Assembly: GCA_022842645.1 (NCBI GenBank)
Contig: JALHPE010000001.1
Location: 264,178 to 328,177, forward strand
Direction of reading: 5' to 3'
From: Minisyncoccota bacterium
GTDB taxonomy: Bacteria > Patescibacteriota > Minisyncoccia > Phycocordibacterales > UBA2100
Length of the DNA stretch: 64,000 nt
Position numbers and translations under genes: made by a program. Below are positions 52,044 through 62,051 of the stretch, one piece after another. Positions within the stretch are counted from its first letter, which is position 1, and each line of letters begins with the position of its first letter. The notes below the pieces were generated by a model, which saw only the letters and a program-made list of their open reading frames with translations, was not told the origin of the DNA and searched no databases.

Positions 52044-54245
52044 ATGCAGAAAAAAGAATATGCAGTTGAGTTCGGCGGGAAAACATTGACCGCCGAGTTT
52101 AACGACTGGGCAAACCAGGCAAACGGATCGGTACTCGTCCGCTACGGCAACTCCGCCGTCCTCGCGACCGCCGTCATGGGTTCGAAAGAAACTAGCCTCG
52201 ATTATTTTCCTCTTTCCGTTGAATACGAGGAAAAGTTTTATGCCGCAGGAGCAATCCTCGGCTCACGCTTTATGCGCCGCGAAGGACGCCCTTCGGATGA
52301 GGCCGTGCTCTCGGGTCGCATCGTGGATCGCACCATTCGCCCACTCTTTCCTAAAGGCTTGAAGCGCGATGTACAAGTCATCATTAGCGTGCTCTCACTC
52401 GAAGAGTATGATCCCGATGTGCTCGGTGTTATTGCAGCATCTCTTGCACTCGGTACTTCAAACATTCCCTGGAATGGTCCGGCGTCTGCTGTTCGCATCG
52501 GACAAATCGATGGAAATGATGCATTTGGTGTGAACCCTACCTACGCCGAGCGCCAAGAAGAAGTCGCACCGAAAGCAAAACTCGACCTGCTTGCCTGCGG
52601 CAAAGATGGTCTCATCAACATGATTGAAGTGGGCGCACGCGAAGTTTCCGAAGAAACGCTGGAGAAAGCTTTCAAGCGCGCAACCGAGGAAATTGAAAAA
52701 GTACAAGCGTGGCAGAACTCAATCATCAAAGAGCGCGGCACCGCGAAGCATGTGCTTCCTATCGCCGTTGAAGACGATGGGCTTCGCGCGGCATTCGACG
52801 AAGTGGTTATAAAAGACTTTGCTACAAAAGCCGGCGTACTCACTAAACAAGATCTCGGCGCCGCACAATCGGCGTGGCGCGCGCATGTTGCAGAAAAATT
52901 CCCCGAAACACCTGCAAGTGCAGCAGATAGTTACTACGAACACCGTGTGGACGCGTATGTGCACGACCTTGCAATCAAAGAAGGTAAGCGTGTGGATGGA
53001 CGTCGTTTCGATGAGATTCGCCCTCTCTACGCACAGGCCGGCGGTATTTCACCCGTGATTCATGGCTCCGGCGTTTTCTACCGAGGTGAAACGCACGTGT
53101 TAGCCGCGCTCACACTTGGCGGTCCTGGCGATGCACAGCTCATCGACACTATCGAATATCAAGAAGCGAAGAAACGCTTCATGCTTCACTACAACTTCCC
53201 TCCGTTTAGCGTTGGCGAAACTGGTCGTATGGGCGGCGCAAACCGTCGCATGATTGGCCATGGCGCACTCGCTGAAAAGGCGCTTCGCGCTGTTCTTCCT
53301 GAAAAAGAAGTATTTCCGTACACAATCCGTATTGTCTCCGAATGTCTCGCATCAAACGGCTCGACCTCGCAGGCGACAGTGTGTGCGGGCACCCTCGCGC
53401 TCATGGATGCGGGCGTCCCCATCACAAAGCCCGTCGCAGGTATTGCAATGGGTATGATGTCTGATGCAAAAAACAACGTATATAAAGTCTTGACCGACAT
53501 TCAAGGACCAGAAGATCATCATGGCGACATGGATTTCAAGGTTGCTGGGACAAAAGACGGCGTCACTGCAGTTCAGATGGATGTGAAAGTTGAGGGAGTG
53601 CCCCTCGCGACTCTCGCAGAAGCATTTATGCAGGCAAAGAAAGCACGTCTTGAGATTCTTGATGTCATCACCAAGGAAATTGCTGCGCCACGCGCAGATA
53701 TCTCCCCACGCGCACCAAAGATCCTCACCCTTAAGGTAAAAGTTGATCAGATCGGTCTCGTCATCGGTCCGGGCGGAAAGACCATCAACGGCATCAAGGA
53801 GGCAACGAAAGCGGATGACATCACCATCGAAGAAGACGGTACCGTCTTCATCACCGGCAAGAACGGTGCAGCCGAGGCGGCATTCAAAGAAATTTCTGAT
53901 CTCACGCGCGATTATGAACCGGGGGAGCGCTTTGATGGCGTCGTCACTCGTCTCATGGACTTTGGCGCATTCGTAAAGATCGGCCCCAACACAGAAGGGT
54001 TGGTACATGTTTCCGAAGTTGCACCTTTTAGAATTGGCTCGATTGCAGACGCTGTACACGTCGGTGACACAGTCCCTGTGCTTCTGAAGGAAATTGATGA
54101 GAAGGGGCGGTATAATCTCTCTATCAAGGCAGCCGATCCGGAATGGGCTTCTCGCAAGGGACTCACACCGGAAAGTGGCGGTCATGAAAATCATGGGGAA
54201 CGACGCCATCATTCCGAACGACCAGAACGCCGAAGGCGCATCTAA
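52044..54245 (+). CDS. pnp: polynucleotide phosphorylase
   Basis: Two RNase PH domains, KH (GPGGKTINGIKE) and S1 domains. Basic C-terminal tail. Confidence 0.95.
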   Translation: MQKKEYAVEFGGKTLTAEFNDWANQANGSVLVRYGNSAVLATAVMGSKETSLDYFPLSVEYEEKFYAAGAILGSRFMRREGRPSDEAVLSGRIVDRTIRPLFPKGLKRDVQVIISVLSLEEYDPDVLGVIAASLALGTSNIPWNGPASAVRIGQIDGNDAFGVNPTYAERQEEVAPKAKLDLLACGKDGLINMIEVGAREVSEETLEKAFKRATEEIEKVQAWQNSIIKERGTAKHVLPIAVEDDGLRAAFDEVVIKDFATKAGVLTKQDLGAAQSAWRAHVAEKFPETPASAADSYYEHRVDAYVHDLAIKEGKRVDGRRFDEIRPLYAQAGGISPVIHGSGVFYRGETHVLAALTLGGPGDAQLIDTIEYQEAKKRFMLHYNFPPFSVGETGRMGGANRRMIGHGALAEKALRAVLPEKEVFPYTIRIVSECLASNGSTSQATVCAGTLALMDAGVPITKPVAGIAMGMMSDAKNNVYKVLTDIQGPEDHHGDMDFKVAGTKDGVTAVQMDVKVEGVPLATLAEAFMQAKKARLEILDVITKEIAAPRADISPRAPKILTLKVKVDQIGLVIGPGGKTINGIKEATKADDITIEEDGTVFITGKNGAAEAAFKEISDLTRDYEPGERFDGVVTRLMDFGAFVKIGPNTEGLVHVSEVAPFRIGSIADAVHVGDTVPVLLKEIDEKGRYNLSIKAADPEWASRKGLTPESGGHENHGERRHHSERPERRRRI

Positions 54246-55308
54246 GGCGCAGGTGCCGCAGGCAGGTTCAACACCAGCGCCCCTTGAGGCGGACATAGGC
54301 GATATTCTGAAGGGAGTAAAACTTCCCGAACGACGCATCGAAACATCCGCCCCTCAATCACAGTACGACACAACGCTTGCAGATCCAGAACGGGCGATGC
54401 CCAAACCTCTCCAATCACCCGAAGCAGCACCCTCCTCAAGTGAGGGAGGTATTGTTTCACTTCATACCCTTAAGGATGATCTGCAGCATGTTGTGCAGAC
54501 AAATAAAATATCCTACGTCCGCGCAGTGGCTCTTGAGGAGGAGCGGCGCCAAAAAAGAGAGGTTGTTGCTGCCCCCAAACGCGATCGCCGTTTACTGACA
54601 CGCTTTGTGCTCACCGGACTCCTTGTGGGGATAGGCGTACTTGCACTGCTCGCAGTTTTTTTCGTCCAACAAGAACGTTCAAATCCTCAGAGCGGAATCG
54701 TGCGTCAAGAAATTCTTTTTGCGGAGCAAACCGTGCAATTCCCAATAGATAATCAAGCGCCCGGAGATTTAAAACGCACCATCGCTTCGGCACGCACCGC
54801 GGGATCACTCACGCTCGGCGCTATTTTACAGATTATTCCTGTACGTAACGTAGAAACTGAAGAAGGAGAGGTTCCTGTGCCAGTAACATCAAGTGAATTT
54901 TTCGCGGCACTCGGCGCACGAGCCCCTGAGGGGCTCGTGCGCGCCCTTGGAGACTCCTTCTTTTTCGGCATTCACACCGTAGACGAAAATGCGCCGATTA
55001 TGATTATCCCCGTCGTTTCATACGAACGCGCGCTCGCGGGCATGCGCGACTGGGAAGAGCTTATGAATGCCGATCTTGAACCCATATTCACACAACTACC
55101 AACTCAAAAACTTGCGGAAAATCTCGTGACCGAACGCAGCTTCGACGACATGGTCATACGCAACTACGATGTGCGCGCCCTCAAGGATGATGCGGGAGTG
55201 GTACAGCTCTACTACTCATTTCCCACACGCAATGTTCTCATTATCGCCGAAAGCCAGTTTTCATTTGCCGAGATTTTGGGACGTCTTCGCGCGGATAGGC
55301 GCTTATAA
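54184..55308 (+). CDS. hypothetical membrane protein (start uncertain; overlaps pnp 3' end in another frame)
   Basis: Pro/Ser-rich N-terminal region, one TM helix (LLTRFVLTGLLVGIGVLALLAVFFV), large extracytoplasmic domain. Confidence 0.45.
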   Translation: MKIMGNDAIIPNDQNAEGASKAQVPQAGSTPAPLEADIGDILKGVKLPERRIETSAPQSQYDTTLADPERAMPKPLQSPEAAPSSSEGGIVSLHTLKDDLQHVVQTNKISYVRAVALEEERRQKREVVAAPKRDRRLLTRFVLTGLLVGIGVLALLAVFFVQQERSNPQSGIVRQEILFAEQTVQFPIDNQAPGDLKRTIASARTAGSLTLGAILQIIPVRNVETEEGEVPVPVTSSEFFAALGARAPEGLVRALGDSFFFGIHTVDENAPIMIIPVVSYERALAGMRDWEELMNADLEPIFTQLPTQKLAENLVTERSFDDMVIRNYDVRALKDDAGVVQLYYSFPTRNVLIIAESQFSFAEILGRLRADRRL

Positions 55309-55343
55309 GTTGCGGCGCGAGGAAGGATTGGTATCATACGCAC

Positions 55344-55691
55344 ATGGAACATCTTTCAACGGATGAGCGCGAGGAGTTGCGTGCAGCGCTCTATGCAGAA
55401 AAAGACTCGCTCGAGGAAGAGCTTGCCTCGTATGGCAAGAAAGTGGGTGGTGATTGGCAAGGAACTGCTGCAGGCTTTGAAGAAGAGGAGGCGGATGATG
55501 TAGACGCAGCGGATAAAATGGAAGAACTTACAGTCAATGTACCGCTTGTTGAGGAACTTGAATCGCGCCACAAAGAAATTGTTGCGGCACTGGCGCGCAT
55601 GGAAGATGGGACATATGGTCTCACTGAAAGCGGCGACCCTATTGACGTTAAACGTCTTCGTGCAAACCCCGCAGCCACCACATTGGTTTAA
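55344..55691 (+). CDS. DksA/TraR-family protein lacking zinc-finger cysteines
   Basis: Acidic coiled-coil N-terminus. C-terminal DGTYGLTESGDPIDVKRLRANPAATT aligns to the DksA C4 finger, but the Cys positions are T/E/S/D. Confidence 0.55.
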   Translation: MEHLSTDEREELRAALYAEKDSLEEELASYGKKVGGDWQGTAAGFEEEEADDVDAADKMEELTVNVPLVEELESRHKEIVAALARMEDGTYGLTESGDPIDVKRLRANPAATTLV

Positions 55692-55712
55692 TTTCCGCGT
55701 TACAATAGCGGC

Positions 55713-57245
55713 GTGGCAAAAAGCATTGAGTCCGGATTTGCACGAGTCTTTGGCGCGCAACCGGCGCTTCCTAGTGGAGTGATTGTGTCGGTTGAGTGCG
55801 ACATCGGCAAGGGACTCCATGCATTTTCGATCGTCGGACTTCCCGATAAGTCGGTCGAAGAAGCAAAAGATCGTATCTCCGCAGCAATCAAGAACAACAA
55901 CCTCGAATCCCCCAAACGTACTAATAAAAAAATTATTCTTTCTCTTGCGCCGGCCACTCTTAAGAAGGAGGGAGCGGTATTTGATATACCACTTGCACTC
56001 TCGTTTCTTCTCGCATCAAAGCAGGTAACATTTTTACCGGAGAAAAAACTGTTCGCTGGAGAACTCGCGCTCGATGGCGCAATCCGACCCATTCGCGGGG
56101 TTCTCGCGATTGCAAGCGCCGCACACAAATCTGGTTTTGAAGAACTATACGTACCCGAAGAAAATATAGAAGAAGCCGCGCTAGTAAACGGACTTCAGGT
56201 ATACGGCGTATCGTCTCTTAAAGAACTCATACACGCTTTGGAGAAAAAGCCTCGAGCAGCTACCCGTGTCACGAGATCCGCCACAACTGAAGAGGACACA
56301 TCTTTCGACGAAATCCGAGGGCAGGAAAGTGCAAAGCGCGCCCTCGTCATTGCACTTTCGGGGGGACATAATATTGCGCTCTATGGCCCGCCAGGCACCG
56401 GAAAAACCATGCTTGCGCGCGCGGCACGCTCGCTCCTTCCCGATCTTGAGGACGAAGAAATGATTGAAGTAACAACGATCCACTCGCTCGCGGGAGCACT
56501 TGAAACAAAAGCAGTGCGTCGCCCGCCACTGCGCTCACCGCACCACACCTCTTCCTACGCGTCTCTCATCGGCGGTGGCTCGGGCACGGTGCGCCCCGGC
56601 GAGGCAACACTTGCACATCGGGGCATCCTTTTTCTCGACGAGTTTCCTGAATTCCACCGCGACGTCATCCAGGCGCTCCGCGAACCCCTTGAAGACGGCG
56701 TTGTCTCCATCGCGCGTTCAAAAGCTTCCGCAGTATATCCGGCAAATTTCCTCTTGATTGCAGCCTTAAATCCGTGTCCGTGCGGTTTCTGGGGTAGCGG
56801 TAGATGCGAATGTATGCCACATGCAATTGAAAAATACCGCCGAAAGATTTCGGGGCCTATTGCCGACCGTATTGATATGTGGGTAACGGTCGGGCAGATG
56901 CCACTTTCAGCACTCGGGACAAAAGCCAAGCGCGCTTCAGGGGAAACGAAGGCGGCACGAGGCGCCATTGCAAACGCCCGCTCTCTTCAGAAAAATCGCT
57001 TCGGGGACTCGGAACGCTTGCGAACGAACGCCGACATGAAAGCTCGGGACATTGAAATGTACGCACTGCTTGAAGAAAACGCTGAGCGAGCGCTCCAAGA
57101 GGCTGCTGAACGCCTGAAGCTCTCCGCCCGCGGCTACCACCGCACCATAAAGCTCGCCCGCACGATTGCAGATCTCGCGCACACTGAAACTATTCAAACA
57201 CCCCACATGCTCGAAGCACTGCAGTACCGCGCTCGTGAAATTTAA
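55713..57245 (+). CDS. comM: YifB/ComM family Mg-chelatase-like AAA+ ATPase
   Basis: Lon-like N-domain, Walker A GPPGTGKTMLA, Walker B FLDEFPEF, Cys cluster CPCGFWGSGRCEC. Confidence 0.9.
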   Translation: MAKSIESGFARVFGAQPALPSGVIVSVECDIGKGLHAFSIVGLPDKSVEEAKDRISAAIKNNNLESPKRTNKKIILSLAPATLKKEGAVFDIPLALSFLLASKQVTFLPEKKLFAGELALDGAIRPIRGVLAIASAAHKSGFEELYVPEENIEEAALVNGLQVYGVSSLKELIHALEKKPRAATRVTRSATTEEDTSFDEIRGQESAKRALVIALSGGHNIALYGPPGTGKTMLARAARSLLPDLEDEEMIEVTTIHSLAGALETKAVRRPPLRSPHHTSSYASLIGGGSGTVRPGEATLAHRGILFLDEFPEFHRDVIQALREPLEDGVVSIARSKASAVYPANFLLIAALNPCPCGFWGSGRCECMPHAIEKYRRKISGPIADRIDMWVTVGQMPLSALGTKAKRASGETKAARGAIANARSLQKNRFGDSERLRTNADMKARDIEMYALLEENAERALQEAAERLKLSARGYHRTIKLARTIADLAHTETIQTPHMLEALQYRAREI

Positions 57246-57298
57246 ATAAAAAAACGGAGGGAAAGGATAATCTGTATGAAAAAAGGTGTGTTCATATC

Positions 57299-58321
57299 TT
57301 AAAAAGGATTGCGTGGACCGCCACGAATCTCAAAGTGGAGGTGGGCGCCAGTTGAGCGTCCACTGTTTCCTACGCGTGCAATTGTTTCACCCTGCGAAAC
57401 GTACTGCCCAACACCCACAAGTACCGCAGACGTGTGCGCATAAAGCGTTTGCGTACCATTCGGATGACGAATAACCACATACGAGCCGTACCCGCCGTTC
57501 CATCCACCTTGGCGCGCGACGATAACGTCTCCCGAAGCAGAAGCAACGATGGGCGTACCCACAGGTGCTGCAATATCTACGCCGTTATACCCATGGACTC
57601 CTTGTGTTCGTACACCAGTTGTCGGACGCATATAGTACCCAGCGTACGAAGGCGATGGAGCCCCCGGCGAAGCCTTGCGCACCGGAGCTGGAGCCACTAT
57701 TTCACCATTTGGAATGATGATTTCAGAGCCCACCGCGAGCTCTCCCTCGATAAGACCGTTGAATTGTGCAATTTCTTCAGCATCTCCCTGATAATTCTTC
57801 GCGATCGAGGCAAGGGTGTCGCCCTTTTTTACCGCATATTTAAGACCGCTCACCGGAAGGATAGTGAGGGTATCTCCTTTTTTAATAGCTGTAGCGCGCG
57901 GTAGATTGTTTGCCCAGAGTATAGTGTTGACCGAAACATCAAACATATCCGCCACCTGCGAGAGAGTGTCGCCTTCGCGTACCACATAGAGGCTAATAGT
58001 TGCGTTTTTAGGCTTTTCAATATCAGCAATCGTGCCAGAAGGGCCATCCTCAGCAACAACGGCGCTTTCATCGAGAATAGTAACCCCACCACCACCCTTT
58101 GCCGGAAGAGGGCCGGCACTCGCTTCTGCGAGAGCCATCGACTGAACTGTCGCTGGACGAGGTGACGATGATGCTTGTGCTTTAGAGCTAAAAAGTGCCT
58201 GAATTTCAAATGAAAATGCCCGCGCCGAAAGCGGGGCTACTGAAATGACTGAACCTAAGATGCAAAGAATCGACACAAATGCAAATACTCCGTTCTCCCG
58301 GAGTCGGCTTTTTTGTTTCAT
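57299..58321 (-). CDS. LysM-domain M23 family peptidase
   Basis: Two LysM repeats (YVVREGDTLSQVA; YAVKKGDTLASIA) and an M23 domain (HGYNGVDIA...GRSTGAHLHFEI). Confidence 0.85.
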   Translation of the reverse strand: MKQKSRLRENGVFAFVSILCILGSVISVAPLSARAFSFEIQALFSSKAQASSSPRPATVQSMALAEASAGPLPAKGGGGVTILDESAVVAEDGPSGTIADIEKPKNATISLYVVREGDTLSQVADMFDVSVNTILWANNLPRATAIKKGDTLTILPVSGLKYAVKKGDTLASIAKNYQGDAEEIAQFNGLIEGELAVGSEIIIPNGEIVAPAPVRKASPGAPSPSYAGYYMRPTTGVRTQGVHGYNGVDIAAPVGTPIVASASGDVIVARQGGWNGGYGSYVVIRHPNGTQTLYAHTSAVLVGVGQYVSQGETIARVGNSGRSTGAHLHFEIRGGPRNPF

Positions 58322-58580
58322 TTCCTGGGCTTTTTGGTGCTTCCCAGGAAAATCCTGTTTCTTCAGTAATATAAGCCAACGTGAACGACTTTCCCGCTTC
58401 AAGGACCGGAGAGGGGACTTTCCCTAAGTGCCTCTGGAAACTCGAGCTTTTAAGCCGTTTTTGGGTGGTAGCAGAGCGAGGTCAGAAGAATATGGCTCTA
58501 TACAAAGCTTTTTTAGAGAGCCGAATCGAGCGGTATGCCACCTCACAGGTAACGGTACCCGTTTCAGGGGTCACTCGTCA

Positions 58581-60566
58581 ATGATAAAAACATTCGAGGA
58601 GTGGATAGTGAATGTGTCAATTTTGGGTGACGTAGCGTGCTATAGTGCCCGCGTGAACTACCTTTCGGGACTCAACGAGCGGCAAAAGCAGGCCGCCGAA
58701 CATCTCGCAGGACCCCTTCTCATCATTGCTGGCGCGGGAGCTGGAAAAACCAAGACCATTACGCACCGTATCGCACACCTCATTGGAGGAGGGGCGCGCC
58801 CAGACTCTATTCTCGCCGTCACCTTCACCAATAAAGCTGCTGCTGAGATGCGGGCGCGGACACTCACACTCCTTGGCCTTGACCCGGGACTATCTCCCTT
58901 CTCGTCGCGCTCTCCAAGAATGACAACCTTCCATTCGCTCGGAGTACAAATTCTCCGGGAACATGCCGGGACCTTCGGAATACCCACATCTTTCAATATC
59001 TGGGATCGTGACGACAGTAGCCGCCTCATAAAGCGAATTCTTGCAGACCGAGGACTTGAACGCTTCACGCCACGCACGGTTTTGGGACGAATCTCACGTG
59101 AGAAGGGTAAGGCACAAACGGTCGATCATTTTGTGGCACAGACACACTCATTTGAGTCAGAAGAAATAGGAGAGGTGTGGCGTCGCTATGAGGAGGGACT
59201 TCGTAAAGAAGGGGCGCTCGATTTTGACGACCTTCTCCTGCGCACCCTTCTCCTCCTCCAGGAAGAGGCGCATGTGCGGCAAGCGCTGCAGGAGCGGTGG
59301 CATCACCTCACGATTGATGAGTATCAAGATACTAACCGTGTGCAGTATGAAATTGCACGCCTCCTTGCAGGAGAGCGCATGAATCTCTGCGCAGTTGGAG
59401 ATACCGATCAAAATATTTACAGCTGGCGTGGCGCAGATCCTCGTTATACGCTCTCGTTCGAGCGCGATTTTCCTAATGCAAAAGTAGTGCTTCTCGAAGA
59501 AAACTACCGCTCAACACAAACTATCCTTGCCGCCGCAAACAGTGTGATCGCGAAAAATACGAGGCGTTTTGATAAACGTCTTTTTACAGGGAATCCAACC
59601 GGAGAAGCCATCACGCTCTTTGCAGGGGCAAGCGATAGGGAGGAAGCGATGTTTGTAGCACGCACCGCACGCGAACTCCTTGGAAGTGGTGTGCCCGCAT
59701 CGGAGATTGCCGTTCTTTTTCGTGAAAACTTTCAATCGCGCGCACTCGAAGAGGCGTTCATCTGGGCAGGCCTTCCATATCGCGTGCTTGGTGTACGCTT
59801 TTTTGATCGCGCCGAAGTGAAAGATGTGCTCTCCTATGTGCGCGCAGCACTCAATCCTCATGCGTTTACCGATTTTGCGCGCGCCGCGGGCGTGCCATCG
59901 CGCGGCATCGGCAAACAAACCCTTGAAAAAATTGCCCGCGGAGAAGAGTCAGTGCTCAGTGGCGCGGCGCGTATCAAAATAGACTCGTTTCGGTCTCTTC
60001 TTAGGCGCGTACGAGAGGCTCTACTCCAGAAACCAGCATCCGAAGCACTGCGATTAGTGCTCGCCGAAAGTGGGTTGGAACGAATACTTGCCGAAGGAGA
60101 CGAAGAAGCGCGCGAGCGCCTCACAAACATTTTTGAACTCATTTCACACGCAATGCGGTATGACGAACTCTCTCCGCCGCATGGCATAGAGAAACTCTTG
60201 GAAGATGCAGCACTGATGGGTGAGCAAGATGCACTCCAAGATTCGCGCGAGCGCCCGATTTCACTTATGACTGTCCATGCTGCAAAAGGACTCGAGTTTG
60301 ATGCGGTATTTGTTACAGGCCTTGAACAAGGGCTTTTTCCCTCCGAGCGCGCGAACGACGAAGAGCGCGACAATGAGGAAGAACGTCGCCTTTTTTACGT
60401 CGCGCTCACTCGAGCAAAGAAGTTTTTATACCTCACACTTGCTGGCGTGCGTATACGCTATGGCGCTCGTGAACACACCATTCCCTCATCATTCCTTCAT
60501 GACATTGATGAGCGCCTCATTTCTTATGCCGACACTCGTATGTTTGAGCCAACTATAGAACTATGA
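58581..60566 (+). CDS. pcrA: ATP-dependent DNA helicase PcrA/UvrD
   Basis: Helicase motifs I (AGAGAGKT), II (IDEYQDTN), VI (TVHAAKGLEFD). Full-length UvrD-like. Confidence 0.9.
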   Translation: MIKTFEEWIVNVSILGDVACYSARVNYLSGLNERQKQAAEHLAGPLLIIAGAGAGKTKTITHRIAHLIGGGARPDSILAVTFTNKAAAEMRARTLTLLGLDPGLSPFSSRSPRMTTFHSLGVQILREHAGTFGIPTSFNIWDRDDSSRLIKRILADRGLERFTPRTVLGRISREKGKAQTVDHFVAQTHSFESEEIGEVWRRYEEGLRKEGALDFDDLLLRTLLLLQEEAHVRQALQERWHHLTIDEYQDTNRVQYEIARLLAGERMNLCAVGDTDQNIYSWRGADPRYTLSFERDFPNAKVVLLEENYRSTQTILAAANSVIAKNTRRFDKRLFTGNPTGEAITLFAGASDREEAMFVARTARELLGSGVPASEIAVLFRENFQSRALEEAFIWAGLPYRVLGVRFFDRAEVKDVLSYVRAALNPHAFTDFARAAGVPSRGIGKQTLEKIARGEESVLSGAARIKIDSFRSLLRRVREALLQKPASEALRLVLAESGLERILAEGDEEARERLTNIFELISHAMRYDELSPPHGIEKLLEDAALMGEQDALQDSRERPISLMTVHAAKGLEFDAVFVTGLEQGLFPSERANDEERDNEEERRLFYVALTRAKKFLYLTLAGVRIRYGAREHTIPSSFLHDIDERLISYADTRMFEPTIEL

Positions 60567-61342
60567 AGCATGGAGCTCGCCTCGGACAACACTTCCTCAA
60601 CGCCGACTGGGTTGCGCGCGATCTGACAAAAAGCGTGAACGTACGAGACGGCGAGACTATTCTCGAAATTGGTCCCGGCACTGGTGTGTTGACGCGCCAC
60701 CTTCTTAAAACAGGCGCCCCTGTTGTCGCCATTGAAAAAGACGAAGTCCTTGTTGCTCGCCTCCGCGAGACATTCGCAGAGGAAATCGCACAAGATACAC
60801 TCTCGCTCGTAGAAGGTGATGTGCGTGATGCTGCTCCAGAAAAACTGTTGCCCTCTAATTCGTATGTACTCGCCGCGAATATCCCGTACTACATTACGGG
60901 GGAAATCATTCGCCTCTTTCTCACCGCAAAAAAGCAACCGCGCGCGGCCGCACTTCTCATACAAAAAGAGGTTGCGGAACGCATCGTTGCCCGTGACGCG
61001 AAAGAAAGTATTCTTTCGCTCTCGGTAAAAGCCTATGGAACACCAAAAATAATCGCAAAAGTTCCTGCGGGATGTTTTAATCCGCCACCATCGGTAGACT
61101 CCGCAATCATTCTTATAGAGAACATTTCAAGAAACTTTTTTAGCACCACGAGCGAAGAGAATTTTTTTAAAGTGGTAAAAGCAGGATTTGCCTCAAAGCG
61201 TAAAATGCTGGCGGGGAACTTGAAAAAAATGTTTCCTGATGCAGCGGGAATGCTGCGAAGTCTTGGATTAGATGAGAAAGTGCGAGCCGAAGACGTGGCA
61301 CTTAAGGAGTGGAGGAGTATTGTGGAGAAACTCGAGTCTTGA
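60563..61342 (+). CDS. rsmA: 16S rRNA (adenine1518/1519-N6)-dimethyltransferase
   Basis: GQHFL, ILEIGPGTGVLT SAM motif, ANIPYYI motif. Confidence 0.9.
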   Translation: MKHGARLGQHFLNADWVARDLTKSVNVRDGETILEIGPGTGVLTRHLLKTGAPVVAIEKDEVLVARLRETFAEEIAQDTLSLVEGDVRDAAPEKLLPSNSYVLAANIPYYITGEIIRLFLTAKKQPRAAALLIQKEVAERIVARDAKESILSLSVKAYGTPKIIAKVPAGCFNPPPSVDSAIILIENISRNFFSTTSEENFFKVVKAGFASKRKMLAGNLKKMFPDAAGMLRSLGLDEKVRAEDVALKEWRSIVEKLES

Positions 61343-61350
61343 GAATATTG

Positions 61351-61587
61351 GCTCGGTCACAAGTCGTTTTGTTGCCCCGGGTCGGCAGACGACGCAGAAA
61401 AAGTTCGCGGTCACACATAATTTCCTGCTGGAAATTTGCGCGACCCCGCCTCAGCGCCAAGCGCTTCCGGCCTTGCGAAGCCACGCTTCGCTCGCTTCTC
61501 ACCCGGCTCGCCGTTTCGCCTACTGGCGAAACATGCCCGCGACCGAGTTCCCAAGAAAAAATCAGTGCTCAAGCACTGATTTTTATT
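61351..61587 (+). ncRNA. candidate structured small RNA, copy B1 (partial 5' head duplication, about 55-nt internal insertion, own terminator)
   Basis: GCTCGGTCACAAG head. Second head at 61408 CGGTCACACATAA. Hairpin AATTTCC-TGCT-GGAAATT. Conserved TTTGCGCGACCCCGCCTCAG. Hairpin GTTTCGCC-TACT-GGCGAAAC. Terminator TCAGTGC-TCAA-GCACTGA plus TTTTT. Confidence 0.55.
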
Positions 61588-61717
61588 GCTCGGTCACAGA
61601 TAATTCTTTTGCCGTCGCAAAAGAATTTCCGCGACCCCGGCTCGCGGTTTTGCCTTCTGGCAAAACATCGCTCCGCCCGTCGAGTCTGATGAAAAAGAGT
61701 GCGCAGGCACTCTTTTT
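61588..61717 (+). ncRNA. candidate structured small RNA, copy B2 (tandem to B1, own terminator)
   Basis: GCTCGGTCACAGATAA head. Hairpin AATTCTTTT-GCCGTCGC-AAAAGAATT. Conserved TTTCCGCGACCCCGGCTCG. Hairpin GTTTTGCC-TTCT-GGCAAAAC (compensatory change relative to A and B1). Terminator AGAGTGC-GCAG-GCACTCT plus TTTTT. Confidence 0.55.
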
Positions 61718-62043
61718 CACTGACTCGACCCCATCATGTCGATGTTGACGCCAGAATCGACTTGGATTGGCGCAAGAGACCAGACGCAATAATAGGGAGC
61801 ACTTGCAAGCCCGAGAAGCCACTGTCCTGTGCGTCGCGGTGGACCAAACTGATAGGTGCGTGTTGCGGGGGTCCAGATAAACGAACCGCCGCGCGGTCCC
61901 GAAAGATATACCTGAATCGCATTGTTGTAACAGGGGCGCACCATAGTGATTTGTCCTCCAAAGGGAAACGCGTAGGTTATGTTGGGAAGCGCGAGCGCAA
62001 AAAGAAGTCCCACTACGAGAAAACGCATGTGTACAGTGTACAA
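61717..62043 (-). CDS. hypothetical small secreted protein (108 aa)
   Basis: Signal peptide MRFLVVGLLFALALPNITYA. ORF only. Confidence 0.45.
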   Translation of the reverse strand: MYTVHMRFLVVGLLFALALPNITYAFPFGGQITMVRPCYNNAIQVYLSGPRGGSFIWTPATRTYQFGPPRRTGQWLLGLASAPYYCVWSLAPIQVDSGVNIDMMGSSQ

Positions 62044-62051
62044 CCACTCAC

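Noticed and set aside
61272-61748. Long ORFs (158 aa and 126 aa) in the ORF track spanning the rsmA downstream region
   Set aside because: They run straight through two tandem copies of a repeat that has its own hairpin-plus-T-run terminators and shows compensatory base-pair changes, and they have low-complexity translation. Interpreted as artefacts of the RNA-like repeat.
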